Shown here piece by piece: positions 1 to 12,737 of a stretch of DNA of 64,000 nt. Numbering within the stretch: the stretch's first letter is position 1; each line of letters begins with the position of its first letter. Below the pieces are notes generated by a model. The model searched no databases and was not told where the DNA came from. It saw nothing but the letters and a program-made list of their open reading frames with translations. A program made the translations under genes and the position numbers. Origin of the DNA: Eledone cirrhosa (taxonomy: Eukaryota); contig OZ024761.1 in NCBI GenBank assembly GCA_964016885.1, forward strand, positions 11,842,001-11,906,000, in the 5' to 3' direction.

Positions 1-27
1 ACCAAGTAATATCAGGTGTTTATTTAC

Positions 28-108
28 TCGCCTGATGAAAAACAACCACAAGTAAACCGAATAAAATGTTATGTCTAATACGGCGTGTTTTGAAACCTAA
101 GGTAGCAA
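28..108 (+). ncRNA. Type I hammerhead ribozyme motif (Penelope-like)
   Basis: TCGC-CTGATGA(32-38)-AAAACA..TGTTTT stem II-GAAA(92-95)-CCTAAGG near-palindromic stem III-TA (GUA triplet)-GCAA; stem I is weak. Confidence 0.6.
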
Positions 109-575
109 TCAACTGGATCGAGCAGACATTAATAATATTTCAGCTCTGTTGATAATATAGAGCGCTCTTTTCCTTCGTCCTTTCTACGGAATCCCTTAAC
201 ACTACATATATAAACAATGTCTTTAACCCATTGCTACCAAATATCATTTGGTCAGTAGCTCGTGTCTAAATATATAAACACATTGTTTAGCTCTGGTTTT
301 TAACTATTGAGCACTTTGCCAGTATCATTTCTGATTTTTGCGTTTCGCTTCGCTTTTCCTGCCTGCTGAAAATGGGATTCTCATTGAATTGGATCTTTAT
401 TTGTAAATATATATATGTATGTAAAAGGTAAACAGAAATAACAACACAATCGGTACAGTATATGGAAGGTATATATTAGGTTAAGGCTTGATATAGCAGG
501 AAGAGGGTATATATATATATATTATAAATAAAATAATAGGAGGCTGGACTGGTGTAAATCCTTGAAAAGTTTATT

Positions 576-633
576 ATACTATGATCATTTCAATGACCGG
601 GTACCGTATGAATCCGGTGATATCATCAGGTAT
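576..633 (-). ncRNA. Type I hammerhead ribozyme motif, inverted copy of 3644-3701
   Basis: Reverse complement reads ATAC-CTGATGA-stem II-GAAA-TGATCA-TA-GTAT; lies in a dispersed repeat (~535-670) homologous to ~3600-3740. Confidence 0.7.
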
Positions 634-1011
634 TCGAAATGTAACAAAGGAATATATAAAATCCATGGGTCCGAAAATCAGAGACAGAGAGGACGACTGA
701 CCAACTAGCTGCTTTCACCTCGGTCAGTCGCCCTCAAGTGATGGCAACTCAGTCTACTAATGACCATCTGGTGAGGGGGCGAAGGCTTATAATGTACTAC
801 CACCTCTCCGTCAGAGAATAAAAAGAGAAAAGAAAGAAAGGAAAAGAAAAAAGAAAAGTCAGCGTAAGGGTCACACTACAGTCTGCTAGAAGACGCCGCG
901 AAAAATGTTATTCTAAAGAACCCATATTTTAACAAAGGCATATATATGGGTGTCTGTATGGTCTAATATGTGAACAGAAAATTGGAACGTTAACTTATGT
1001 TAAGAGTTATA

Positions 1012-1050
<39 letters not shown>

Positions 1051-1061
1051 TATATAGTAAT

Positions 1062-1293
1062 AATAATAATTGTGAAGACTAAAATCCAAAGAGGGCTCGA
1101 TAAGGATAAATATATAACAAATATATAAGAACCGTAGAGCAAATATTTATTAAAATAACAGATTAAAGTTTAAGCAAAGAATCGCTGCTTTCACCCTTAA
1201 CGGGATCTTCTGAAACTAACAAAGTCAATCTGTGAATCCCGTTAGGGGTGAAAGCAGCGATTCTTTGCTTAAACTTTAATCTGTTATTTTAAT
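1062..1293. mobile_element. Hairpin-containing repeat in TA microsatellite, probable Penelope-like relic
   Basis: ~55-bp inverted arms within 1150-1293; same family at ~12988-13205 and ~58146-58382. Confidence 0.55.
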
Positions 1294-1384
1294 ATATATA
1301 TATGATTGTGTGTCTATGTCTATATATGTATGTTTGCATGCATGAATGAATACACTAAGCTTTAGATTTAGTGATTCCAAACAG

Positions 1385-1900
1385 CCAACAACACAGATCC
1401 AATGATCAGAGTTAACCAACAAGACCTGGAAGAAGTCGACCACTTGACCTATCTTGGTAGCCTCCTGGCAAACAATGGATATGTGGAGCTCGACATCAAC
1501 TGTCGGATCGGCAAAGGAGCCAGTTTTTCAGCGGATGCACCCAGACTAGTCGTCTTCAAACATCAGCACCGGGATCAAGCTGCACCTGTACAAGACCATC
1601 GTGTTGCCGACAGTGCTTTACGCGAGCGAAACTTGGAAGAGCATGGCAAAGATGGAGAGGCGACCGAACGAATTCCACCAGTGGTGCCTGCGAATGATCC
1701 TTCGTGTGTCCTGGCACGACCGAGTGCGAAACGAGGAAATCCTGCAGAAAGCCGAGTCGTGGACATTACAGAAGGTGACGGAGCACCGGTGCTGCCTGGC
1801 TGGCAATATGCTGCACCGGCCCGACGAATGACACTCGAAAACAGTGAGGAACTAGACTCCACCTGGCGGCAAAGGGAGGCGGGGTTGCCCCAGGTTCACC
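1385..1900 (+). mobile_element. Degenerate RTE-type LINE ORF 3' fragment
   Basis: Frameshifted peptides LEEVDHLTYLGS..DINCRIGK, LPTVLYASETW, FHQWCLRMILRVSWHDRVRNEEIL, WTPPGGKRRRGCPR typical of the RTE region downstream of RT. Confidence 0.8.
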
Positions 1901-2669
1901 TGGCGGCAAAGGGAGGCGGGGTTGCCCCAGGTTCACCTGGCGGCAAACGGAGGCGGGGTTGCCCCAGGTTCACCTGGCGACAAAGGGAGGCGGGGTTGCC
2001 CCAGGATCATCTGGCGACAAAGGGAGGCGGGGTTGCCCCAGGATCACCTGGCGGCAAACGGAGGCGGGGTTGCCCCAGGATCACCTGGCGGCAAACGGAG
2101 GCGGGGTTGCCCCAGGATCATCTGGCGACGAACTGGACTCCACCTGGCGGCAAACGGAGGCGGGGTTGCCCCAGGATCATCTGGCGGCAAAGGGAGGCGG
2201 GGTTGCCCCAGGATCACCTGGCGGCAAAGGGAGGCGGGGTTGCCCCAGGTTCACCTGGCGGCAAAGGGAGGCGGGGTTGCACCAGGATCACCTGGGGGCA
2301 AAGGGAGGCGGGGTTGCCCCAGGATCACCTGGCGGCAAAGGGAGGCGGGGTTGCCCCAGGTTCACCTGGCGACAAAGGGAGGCGGGGTTGCCCCAGGATC
2401 ACCTGGCGGCAAAGGGAGGCGGGGTTGCCCCAGGATCACCTGGCGGCAAAGGGAGGCGGGGTTGCCCCAGGATCACCTGGGGGCAAAGGGAGGCGGGGTT
2501 GCCCCAGGATCACCTGGCGGCAAAGGGAGGCGGGGTTGCCCCAGGATCACCTGGGGGCAAAGGGAGGCGGGGTTGCCCCAGGATCACCTGGCGGCAAAGG
2601 GAGGCGGGGTTGCCCCAGGATCACCTGGCGGCAAAGGGAGGCGGGGTTGCCCCAGGATCACCTGGCGGC
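1860..2669. repeat. 37-bp GC-rich minisatellite (~21 copies) derived from the RTE fragment
   Basis: Unit CACCTGGCGGCAAAGGGAGGCGGGGTTGCCCCAGGAT. Confidence 0.95.
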
Positions 2670-3301
2670 GATATTTCCTTTCCTTTCATTATTCAGTCGG
2701 ATGTTTTACAACAACAAAAGAAGTAACCAGAGATTTATCAATCAGGTTCTGTTCACTTATTTTATATACAAGTTTAACTCCGTTTCTTTTAATTTCCATT
2801 CTATTCATACGTTTTATTCCCAGGTACACAATGTCCAAATGCTTTAATGAAATGTATTCAATTCATCGGCTGGTTTTGATGAATAAAGATAGATTTGTGA
2901 CAAAAATATTTTATTTAGAACAAACAACAAAAAACTATGCCATAGAATAGAAATTCAATGAAAAATGTGTCATAAATTCAAACAAAATAATCTAATAAAT
3001 AATAATAGTCGTAACTGGAACATGAAGATATCGTCTGGTTATTATTTCTGTTTAAATTTACCACCAAAGTTCATTTGTTTGCTTTAATTTGTGTCATAAT
3101 TTGTTACATTTAAAAAAATATTTTTAATAATATTTAATGAATTATTTTTGTCAAATTTGAAGTTTTCAGTGAAAATATTTCTAATATCTAATTTTAATTT
3201 TTTTTAAAAGGATTTTTATTCGTTAAATATCGAAACATTCATTTGATTGTATTTGTTTTTAAGTGTTAATAACCCAGGGAAAGACTGGAATAGTGTAGTT
3301 G

Positions 3302-3340
<39 letters not shown>

Positions 3341-3643
3341 TATACATATATATTGTTATACTTTGGGAGGGTCGTGTTGCCAATAAAACATGACCCTCCC
3401 AAAGTATAACACTATCTGTTTCAACACATTTTCAGATAAGAAATCTTGCAAAACAAATTCAGAAACGAATTATATATGTATATATACATATATGTATATA
3501 TATGTGTGTATATATATGTGTGTATATATATATATACACAGGGCGACCGGCTGAGGTTGAAGGAGCAAGATAGCGGTCGCCCTCGGGTCCTCGATTTTCA
3601 GCCCCATGGATTTTACCTATTACATTCACGTATTATATTTCGA

Positions 3644-3701
3644 ATACCTGATGATATCACCGGATTCATACGGAACCCGGTCATTGAAATGATCATAGTA
3701 T
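3644..3701 (+). ncRNA. Type I hammerhead ribozyme motif with palindromic stem III
   Basis: ATAC-CTGATGA(3648-3654)-ACCGG/CCGGT stem II-GAAA(3686-3689); A-TGATCA-T perfect palindrome; H=A3697; GTAT closes stem I. Confidence 0.7.
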
Positions 3702-3889
3702 AATAAACCTTTCAAGGATTTACACAAGTCCAGCCTCCTGTCATTTCAATATAATATTTAACTCCGTACTAGCACCACCAACTACAAAGACGGTTGAACT
3801 GCCTTACGTTGAGTACTCTCTATATTATTGCATTACGATTGACCATACAGAATAGACCAGCTCTATACAGTGGTGAACCTCAAACCTGA

Positions 3890-3934
<45 letters not shown>

Positions 3935-4342
3935 GTATTAAATTAACAATGAAAATAACAACAAAGTCAAGTTATTTTACCTATTCGTATCAATGTTTTA
4001 ATCGTTTTAATCGTTGATCATATTGACATATTGACAGATCTATAGCAGTTATATAACTGTAGACTATCAGAACTCCTCGTATCTAGGTTCGATCAGACTG
4101 TCTTCTTTGGAAACAATCTTTATGGATTTCACTGGATTACTCGCTATCGGATTACATTGACTTCTATCTACGGTAGGGACCCTACCACCATATATATATA
4201 TATGTATATATATTAATTATGGTCATTTGGTACCCAGTAAGAGTAATTAGACTCATAACAAGGTATAAATGGTCCTCTTCTGAGTATCGATAACTCCCAG
4301 ATGGCCATCATATTTTGGGGACACCCTGCATATATATGTGTG

Positions 4343-4692
4343 TCATCATCATCATCATCATCATCATTTCATTTTACGTCCGCTTTTTCCCTGCTTGCAA
4401 GGGTGGGACGGGAACTGATTCTGGCTTGATTTCTACAGCTGGATGCCCTTCCTAACACCAACCTCATTTACAGTGAGTGCTGGGTGCTTTTTTGCCGTGG
4501 CACCTCCACGACCACTTTGCAGTGGAATGATATAGACCCCAGTCCCTATCATCTCATTTCTACAGCTGAGTAAACTGGAGCAATGTGAAATAAAGTGTCT
4601 TGCTCAAGGAAACAACACATCACCCGGTCTGAGAATTGAGCTCACAACCTTTCGATTGCAAGACCAATGCTCTAACCACTAAGTCATGTGCC

Positions 4693-4694
<2 letters not shown>
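4343..4694 (-). mobile_element. tRNA-derived SINE, full length, (ATG)n tail
   Basis: Reverse complement of the 16215-16546 family; A/B-box-like head at right end. Confidence 0.85.
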
Positions 4695-4752
<58 letters not shown>

Positions 4753-4898
4753 GGGTTCAATCGGGGGTAACCACAGTAAGTAAGGTACTCAATACATAGC
4801 AGAGTATAAATATTTAATATAGAAAGGTCTTCTACAGGACTAGAACTGTTTCATTCGAATGAAACAGTTCTAGTCCTGTAGAAGCCATTTCTATATTA
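4753..4898. mobile_element. Hairpin repeat, probable Penelope-like relic
   Basis: ~42-bp arms 4815-4898 centred on TTC|GAA; same family at 5062-5145 and 12738-12860. Confidence 0.5.
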
Positions 4899-5000
4899 GT
4901 TTAACGCTTGAAAGAGCAGAAAGAGGGTCTTAACATTTCGGACGGGCAGGGAGGAATCGGAAAAAAATGTTGCCATCTCTTGGAAAACTGTTGATGCTGG

Positions 5001-5039
<39 letters not shown>

Positions 5040-5271
5040 TATATATATATATATATAGATAAGTTTATCCCGGGGTAACCTGATGATTTATTCTGAATGA
5101 AACAGTTCTAGTCCTGTTGAAGCCATTTCTATATTGAATATTTATATATATTTGTTTAGCAAGGTTTTTGATATGAAATCGTGTGTTGAAACATATTGTT
5201 ATATTTGGGGGAGGGTTTTATTGTTATAATATTGCCAGAAATAAAAAATAAAACACACTCACTGTTTGGTT

Positions 5272-5309
<38 letters not shown>

Positions 5310-5351
5310 ATATATTAATAAATGGAAACTATATTTATAAAACCATAATTA

Positions 5352-5413
5352 TTTTATTATATATACTTCAAGGGCAACCAAGGTAGATTATGGTGCACTT
5401 TCATCAGATAAAA
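5352..5413 (-). ncRNA. Degenerate hammerhead motif (A15.1>G)
   Basis: TTTTAT-CTGATGA-AAGTGCACCA/TGGTTGCCCTT-GAAG-TATATA-TA-ATAAAA; 6-bp stem I, palindromic stem III. Confidence 0.5.
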
Positions 5414-5795
5414 TACAGATTTGTTTTATAAATAAATATTGACATACCCGGAAAAAAGACAACCTTAACGGTTGAAATTCGCTGGATAGTGGGGATACTT
5501 GAGGGTGATACAAAGTTGTGAGTGAGTATGCAAATGAGTGTAAGAAAATTTGAAAAAAAAACGGTTTATTTAAATTAAACTGTTGGAAGAAAATAGATGT
5601 AAAAGGGAGAGAGACAAAGAGAAAAAAAGTTGAAATATGTACAATAAAATAATTATGGTTTTATAAATATAGTTTTATAAATATAGTTCCATTTATTAAT
5701 ATATTGTATATTTACTCCACTAAACTGTTGAGTGCTTTATATCTGTTATAAAAATGTTTAAGCTTGTTGAATCCCAACAAATTAAATATAACCTC

Positions 5796-5840
<45 letters not shown>

Positions 5841-6559
5841 TAAACAGCCATTTTAAAAATCCCTACCCATATGTAACTTGTCCCACAGATTTAGTGCTCT
5901 AACTACTTGGATATTTTAAACCCAGTTTTGACTACTATATATCTATATATATCTATATATATATATGAAAGACGTAAAATAAGAAAATTATAAAAATTTA
6001 CTTATTAAAATTTCACTCCAACTAATTATTTTCTTATTTTACATCTTTCATATAATTGTTCTGCATCCCCTTGCATTGAACCACAAAGTTACTAAGACAA
6101 AACCTATATATTTGCTAGCATAGGTATACATCTGTATATATATGTTGGTAGATATACTAATTCTTTATATATATATATATATACACACAATATCTGACAG
6201 AGATATTTATTTATCTACCCTCAACAGAAATCTCAGGTAAATATTTACAATTACTCCAGGTGATATTGATGTTTTGCATCTAATCTCTGCGATGTTTTGA
6301 ACAAATCTGGCCCTGAAACCCATCTGAAATTATTCGTTTTTTAGTTAACTGACAGAGAGGGTCTTTACAATTTACATCAGTCTCACTTTAAATGGTGAAA
6401 TTTATGGGGTTTTTTCCTGTGGGCTGTTAAAAATGTGTTTCGAACGAATCTGACCATCAAATGCATCGGAAATTATAAGTTTTTACTTAACTTCTTTTTT
6501 TCACCCACTTATTCCTGAGAGAGTTGTGGGGGGCAGAGTCCTCAAACACTCCCTCCAGC

Positions 6560-7092
6560 GGGTCATGTCAAAAGCAACCATCTCCAACTGACCCGGCTGG
6601 ATACCCAAGCAAGACTAGCCAAGCTATTGGATGTTATACAATCATCTTGCTTGAGGTCTAATTCTGAGTGTCCTACCAGTTGGTTTTGCCTGTAAAATCA
6701 GTCCAGTGATTCTTTCCTGAGACATTCTAACCACATGTCCATAGTATCAGAGCTGTGATCTCTCAATTGGGAGAAATAGCAGCTCTACCTGATCTCCGAG
6801 CTATAAATCTGTCCAGTGATTCTTTCCTGAGACATTCTAACCACATGCCCATAGTATCAGAGCTGTGATCTCTCAATTGGGAGAAATAGCAGCTCTACCT
6901 GATCTCCGAGCTATAAATCTGTCCAGTGATTCTTTCCTGAGACATTCTAACCACATGTCCATAGTATCAGAGCTGTGATCTCTCAATTGGGAGAAATAGC
7001 AGCTCTACCTGATCTCCGAGCTATAAATCTGTCCAGTGATTCTTTCCTGAGACATTCTAACCACATGCCCATAGTATCGGAGCTGTGGTCTC
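6560..7092 (-). mobile_element. RTE-type LINE 3' fragment with internal 110-bp tandem repeat (~3.6 copies, 6695-7092)
   Basis: Encodes degenerate ERSQL.YYGHVVRMSQERITGQI; GTCCAGTGAT recurs at 6701, 6811, 6921, 7031; unamplified homologue at ~60700-60890. Confidence 0.75.
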
Positions 7093-7859
7093 CTAGCAAC
7101 ACACTCTATCGAGTTTCATAATCAGTTTTGTATCATAGAACCAGGGGTGGTTTCAGGTGGTTTGGTATGAAAAGGGACTGAAAGTAACAATTATTTGTAT
7201 TGATGTGCTGCTGTCAGAAAATCTATTACCCCAGTCTCTGGAGAGAGAGATAGAGAGAATGAGAGTGAGAACGAGAGAGAGATAGAGAGAATATGAATGA
7301 ATACAGACAACTTTATTAATGAAACGTATTTTATTGCTGATTGTTCGGTTTTTATTTTTTTTATTTTGACATTAATTTGTTTTTCCATGGCTGTGTGGGG
7401 TGGGATGGTTTTATTGGAAGAGTGAGAAACAAGCTTTTACACCTGGAAGTAAGTTCTTAGAATACTGGGTCCCACAAGAGAGATAATAATAATAATGGTT
7501 TCATTTGTTGGCCACAAGGGCCGACATATAAGGGACAATAATAAGGGTTTCTTATATAGGCACAAGGCCAGCAATTTGGGGGAGGAAGGGAAAGTCGATT
7601 AAATCAACCCCAGTACATTACTGGTACTTTATTTTATCAACCCCGTAAGGATGAAAGGCAAAGTTAACCTCGGCGGGATTTGTACTCAGACCATAAAGGG
7701 CCGTAACTCTATGCTGTAAAGCATGGCGTCCGACCCTCTACCGATACTGCCACCGCCCTTAATAATAATAATAATACAACTGAGACAATCTGTTTAATGT
7801 ACAATGAGAGAGCACCTCCTGCCCGACCCCCATGCTAACATGGAAACATTCGAATACTG

Positions 7860-8066
7860 ATTGATGATGATGATGATGGTGGTGATGGTGGTGGTGGTGA
7901 TAGTGGTGGTGGTGGTGATGGTAGTGGTGGTGGTGGTAGTAGTGGTGGTGGTGATGATGGTGGTGGTGGTGGTGGTGATGCTGTTGATGGTGGTGGTGGT
8001 GGTTATAATGATAGTGATGATGGTAGTGGTGGTGGTGGTGGTGATAATGATGGTGGTGATGGTGAT
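7860..8066. repeat. (GGT/GAT)n trinucleotide microsatellite
   Basis: Direct reading. Confidence 0.95.
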
Positions 8067-9068
8067 ACCCCTTCTTACCAATAATCCCTCAATTCAACTC
8101 TTAAACTTCACAGCCACTGTTCTAACAACAAAGTGAAATCGTCCATCTTTTGCTGACTGAGTAACTTCTTGTGAACCCCTTCACTCCAAAGTGATCTTAC
8201 ATATGTAGGTGGGATGCAATGATAATATACTGAAATATGATGGCAAAATGAAAAAAAAAAGTTTTAAAAGTTAACCTTTTCACAACCCACAAAAAACAAA
8301 TCCATAAGATTTGGTGTTTATCACTGAGAAACCTATTCCCCTGGATAGGACTCTAGTTTGTTGCAGGTAGCTTCCCTCATATAAGATTTTATACATATTC
8401 TTAACAGCAATGTAGATTGAGGTAATGTAAAGACACAACAAAACACCTATGTTGGATTTGAGCTCACAACAGACAAGTTAGTTATCCAATAGCTTATCCA
8501 TTCTGCCGTGCCATATTTACATCACAAATCGACAAATGGCTATAAAATAATCAAAGAAATAGATAAATAAAAACCATATAATGTTTTAAAAATATTTTAC
8601 CCCATTTTATTTTACCACTCCCACTCGATATATTTATATATATATATAAAGGTCCCTTAACTCCTGATATATTCATAGATGGCGCTGTCATGATATGGCA
8701 GCATAATTACGAGGGCATTTAAAACCAGTGAAGCCCATTCCTCTCCAGCTCAAAACACAGCTGATTTCTTTCAGGGAGAGAGAGAGAAGAATTGACGCCA
8801 GTACTCAACTGGTACTTTATTTATTGACCTCGAAAGAACAAAAAGCAAAGTTGATCTTGGCAGAATTTGAACTCAGAACGCAGAGAGAGGGACCAAATAC
8901 TAAGGCATTCTTAATCCAGCACTCCATTCCACCCCACTCTGCCTATTCGTCACCCTAACCAATATATAAATTTTTGGGGAAAAAAAAAAATTACATTTGT
9001 TCGACAGACAAACATAACTAAAACTTCAGTTGTAAAAATAAAAATATTTTAAATGTTTTGTTTCACTG

Positions 9069-9365
9069 TTATATCGTCATAGTCCTTGGTCGGGTGTGTC
9101 TCATGTGTTGTAGAATTTCTTGTTTGTTAATAATTATTTTTGTCGAGAAAAGACAGGAAAGCAGTCCCATAACACCAGCAGTGAGGATGTAGGAAAGTAC
9201 GGTACCAGTTAAATGTACGATGTAACCCATTAGACCTGACAGAATGACTTGAGAACAGAAATAGGTACTGTCCAGAATAGCCATGTCTGCAGCAATACCA
9301 CGGATCAGGTGAGGATGGGTGGGGCTGCCACTGTTTGCTGGTCTTTCAACATCAAAGAAAAATAT
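9069..9365 (-). CDS. SLC45A3: SLC45-family sugar transporter, last coding exon
   Basis: Acceptor TTATTTCTTTTACAG (AG at 9367-9366), phase 0 matching the upstream donor; encodes IFFFDVERP..RGIAADMAILDSTYFCSQVILSGLMGYIVHLTGTVLSY.. (SLC45 C-terminal RGxxxDxAxL motif and last two TM helices); stop at 9069-9071. Confidence 0.88.
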   Translation of the reverse strand: MFFFDVERPANSGSPTHPHLIRGIAADMAILDSTYFCSQVILSGLMGYIVHLTGTVLSYILTAGVMGLLSCLFSTKIIINKQEILQHMRHTRPRTMTI

Positions 9366-10359
9366 CTGTAAAAGAAATAAATATTGATATAATTATCTCC
9401 ACAGAAACAATTGTTGAAATTAAAGATGGAATTTCAGTAACAACCTTGATTTTGTATTAAAATATTAATCTTTAGCATGCCAGTAAATTTTATGAATTAT
9501 TTCCCTTGCATTATATGTTAAGAGGAGATTACTCTTATGGTGCTGTGTGTCACCACCATAAGAGGAGATTACTCTTATGGTGCTGTGTGTCACCACCAGT
9601 GCATTGAAGGTTAATAAATAATTGAAAATATTTGATTAGTAGGGCAGCATATTTTGAAGATAGTAACGACTAAATAAGAAGTATTTTAAGTCCATTTTTT
9701 TCAACTAAAGCAAGGGTTAGCATCGTTGAAGGCCCCATGACAAGCTTCTCCATTTTGCCCTGTCTTTTCTAATGCTGGTGCCACGATGAAATGCATTTAG
9801 GACACTGTAAAGTGGTTGGTGATCAAATGGAAACTATGCAGTGTAGGAAACAGAAAGAAGACACGACAAGTTCTCTAGTGCTTGGTGATCAAATGAAAAC
9901 AATGCAGTGTAGAGAACAGACTTAAATCTTAAAGAAGACATAACAAGCTCTCTAGTGTTGGTGGCATGATAGAATACACCCATCATGATCACCATCATCA
10001 TAGAATAGTAAAGCCCTGTTACAAGACATCAACAATTGTAAATAATTTTATTGAATTTTTATTTCTAAGACTGCCAGACATGCCAAAAGAATGCCAGACA
10101 TGCCAAAAGAATGCCAGATATTTGTGCTCAGAAATCTTAGCATCAGACAAAGTAAGGAAAAGTAGCTTATTTTTCTTCTTTTAAATGATAGAATGAAAAA
10201 AAAAAACATGGAGAATAAATTGCTCCAAGCTAGAAGAACATTCTAGAAATTCCAGTGTTACTCCAGAGATAAAGAATATACAAGTCATATTAGCATTCAT
10301 AATAAATACATCTTACACAAGATTACATAGCAGTCTTATAGTAACTACTATCAACATCA

Positions 10360-11091
10360 GGTGTTTAAACCGACCATATCCGGCCAGAATTTTCTCACCT
10401 CTTTCTGTTCAGACTGGCTGTAACTGGCCACTCATACTGATGTTAAGATATTGTTCTCAAAATAAATCATATCAAAACCTCATAGATTATGTGAGGTAAA
10501 GCCTCTAACACAAAATACAATAGTATATATAGAGTAATGTAAATGATAAAGGGTTAACCCATAGGTATTTAAACCGGCCATATCTGGCCAGAATTCTCTC
10601 ACCTCTTTCTGTTCAGACTGGCCATAACTGGCCACTCATAAGATATTGTTCTCAAAATAAATAATATCAAAACCTCATAGATTTGATATTATATGAGACA
10701 AAGCCTCTAGCACAAAAATATAATAGTAGAGTAATGTAAATGATAGGTGAGATATTATGTGAGATAAAGCCCTTACTGTGAAAATACAATAGTATATATA
10801 AATGTGTGTGTGTGTGACAGCTCACACCTATGCAGATTTAGCTGGCCTCCTCCAAGGTATATATCGGATGTGTCTTGGGTGATTTAATGATAGGAACCCT
10901 AGTCCTATCATCTCATTTCTACAGTTGAGTAAACTAGAGCAATGTGAAATAAAGTGTCTTGCTCAAGGAAACAACACATCACCCAGTCCGAGAATTGAAT
11001 TTCCAACCTTTCTATTGCAAGCCCAATGCTCTAACCACTAAGCCATGTGCCTTCACAATAGTATATATAGAATAATGTAAATGCTAAAGGG
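10360..11091. mobile_element. Two tandem piggyBac-like MITE copies sharing one TTAA (10554-10557); the second is interrupted by a SINE
   Basis: AAAGGG-TTAA-CCC junction; homologous to 13468-13687. Confidence 0.7.
10801..11054 (-). mobile_element. SINE with the common tRNA-like head but a distinct (CA)n-ending tail; 15-bp TSD
   Basis: ACAATAGTATATATA duplicated at 10786-10800 and 11055-11069. Confidence 0.8.
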
Positions 11092-11834
11092 TGAATGTCT
11101 ATTTTCCACACTTGCATGTGTTAGATGGGTTGTCATATACTGAAGCTATGTTGCACCTCATAGGAGCTTTCTGGGGTGTTTTAATGATAGAAGCCTCCAG
11201 TCCTATGTTGATCTACACCAGAGGTTCACAAAGTGGGTGCTACCCCTCCCCCCTGGGGACGGGGGGGGGGGGGCATCGAGAAGGTGCTAGAGCCTAAGAG
11301 GACAGTGGGGTGGTAGAGATGATATAATAACATATTAAATATCAAATGATACATATTATATATGCTGCAGGTCCAACTGAGAAATCAGCAAGTCCACTTG
11401 GGTGCTGACTCATTCTTTCAACACCTGCCAAAATGCATGTTAGCAGAGAAAACAATTTTGAATAGAAATAGCTGAGAAGTTAGGAAGGTTTATACAAACA
11501 AATCTTGTTCACCCTTTATTGTTTGGGTAGGTATTGTTTATTTAACTGGACAAGGAAACTACTATGACACACCTGTATTTTCACTATAAACACTTACTAC
11601 TACATTTGGCCATGGTCTAGATAGAATCCTCACTTTGATCACTAATACAGCGACAATCCTCCTTATATAAATAGATATACTATCACCACCACACCACCAC
11701 TTATAACTTACACCCCCCCCCCATCACATCTAGTTACAACACCATTACCAATACTGTCCTCACCACTACATCTAACCACCACCATATATATCATCATCAA
11801 CATCATCAGGATATATATATAAATATATATATAT

Positions 11835-12174
11835 GAAAGCACATGGCTTAGTGGTTAGAGCATTGGGTTTGCAATTGAAAGGTTGTAAATTCAATTCTCG
11901 GACTAGGTGATGTGTTGTTTCCTTGAGCAAGACACTTTATTTCACATTGCTCCAGTTTACTCAGCTGTAGAAATGAGATGATAGGACTAGGGGTCCCTAT
12001 CATTCCACTGCAAAGTGGTCGTGGAGGTGCCACGGCAAAAAAGCACCCAGCCCACACTGTAAATGAGGTTGGTGTTAGGAAGGGCATTCAGCTGTAGAAA
12101 TCAAGCCAGAATCAGTTCCGTATGAGCAAGACAAGGTCAGCCGACAGAACACTGCCCACAAAAGGACAACCCGG
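11835..12174 (+). mobile_element. tRNA-derived SINE with tail matching the LINE at 53519-54704
   Basis: Head TGGCTTAGTGG..TTCAATTC; tail GTATGAGCAAG..CACTGCCCACA..GGACAACCCG. Confidence 0.85.
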
Positions 12175-12454
12175 AAGTAAAACAGGAAAAGAATGACTTC
12201 ATTTCTAGTTGGTATTCTGTAACATTTTAATTTTATAATTTGATAGCTTTGCTATGTAGATGTAATTAAATCTACATAGCAAAATTATAAAATTAAATTG
12301 TTATAAAACATCAATGACAAGTGAAGTCATTCTTTTCCTTTTTTCAAATTTACCTTACTGTATCAAGAATCTCACATATTTTCCAATATATATATATATA
12401 TGTATATATATAAAAAATACACAAGTATCAAAGTTATGTTCAAATCATTTATTC

Positions 12455-12499
12455 GCTGACAATTGTTTCTTCCAAACTTTAGTTTGGAGTCATCGGAGC
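12455..12499 (-). ncRNA. Hammerhead motif with U4>C change
   Basis: GCT-CCGATGA-C-TCCAAACT/AGTTTGGA-A-GAAA-CAATTG-TC-AGC; GUC triplet, palindromic ACAATTGT. Confidence 0.55.
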
Positions 12500-12540
12500 A
12501 TTATCGATGTTTGTACGTATAATTAACCCCCTATTCATAT

Positions 12541-12737
12541 ATATCTCTTGTAACTAGTTACAAGATATATATATATATATATAGTTACAAGATATATATA
12601 TATATAGTTACAAGATATATATATAGTCTTGTAACTAGTTACAAGATATATATATAGTTACAAGATATATATATATAGTTACAAGATATATATATATAGT
12701 TACAAGATATATATATATATATAGTTACAAGATATAT
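12541..12737. repeat. TAGTTACAAGA motif repeated with (TA)n spacers and local inversions
   Basis: Direct reading; TCTTGTAACTAGTTACAAGA palindromes. Confidence 0.85.

Noticed and set aside
1402-2950. Long ORFs in all three plus frames
   Set aside because: By-product of a stop-free GC-rich 37-bp repeat attached to a decayed RTE fragment
4300-4329. Mariner-like TIR (CAGGGTGTCCCCAAAA on the minus strand)
   Set aside because: No partner TIR found nearby; too short to call
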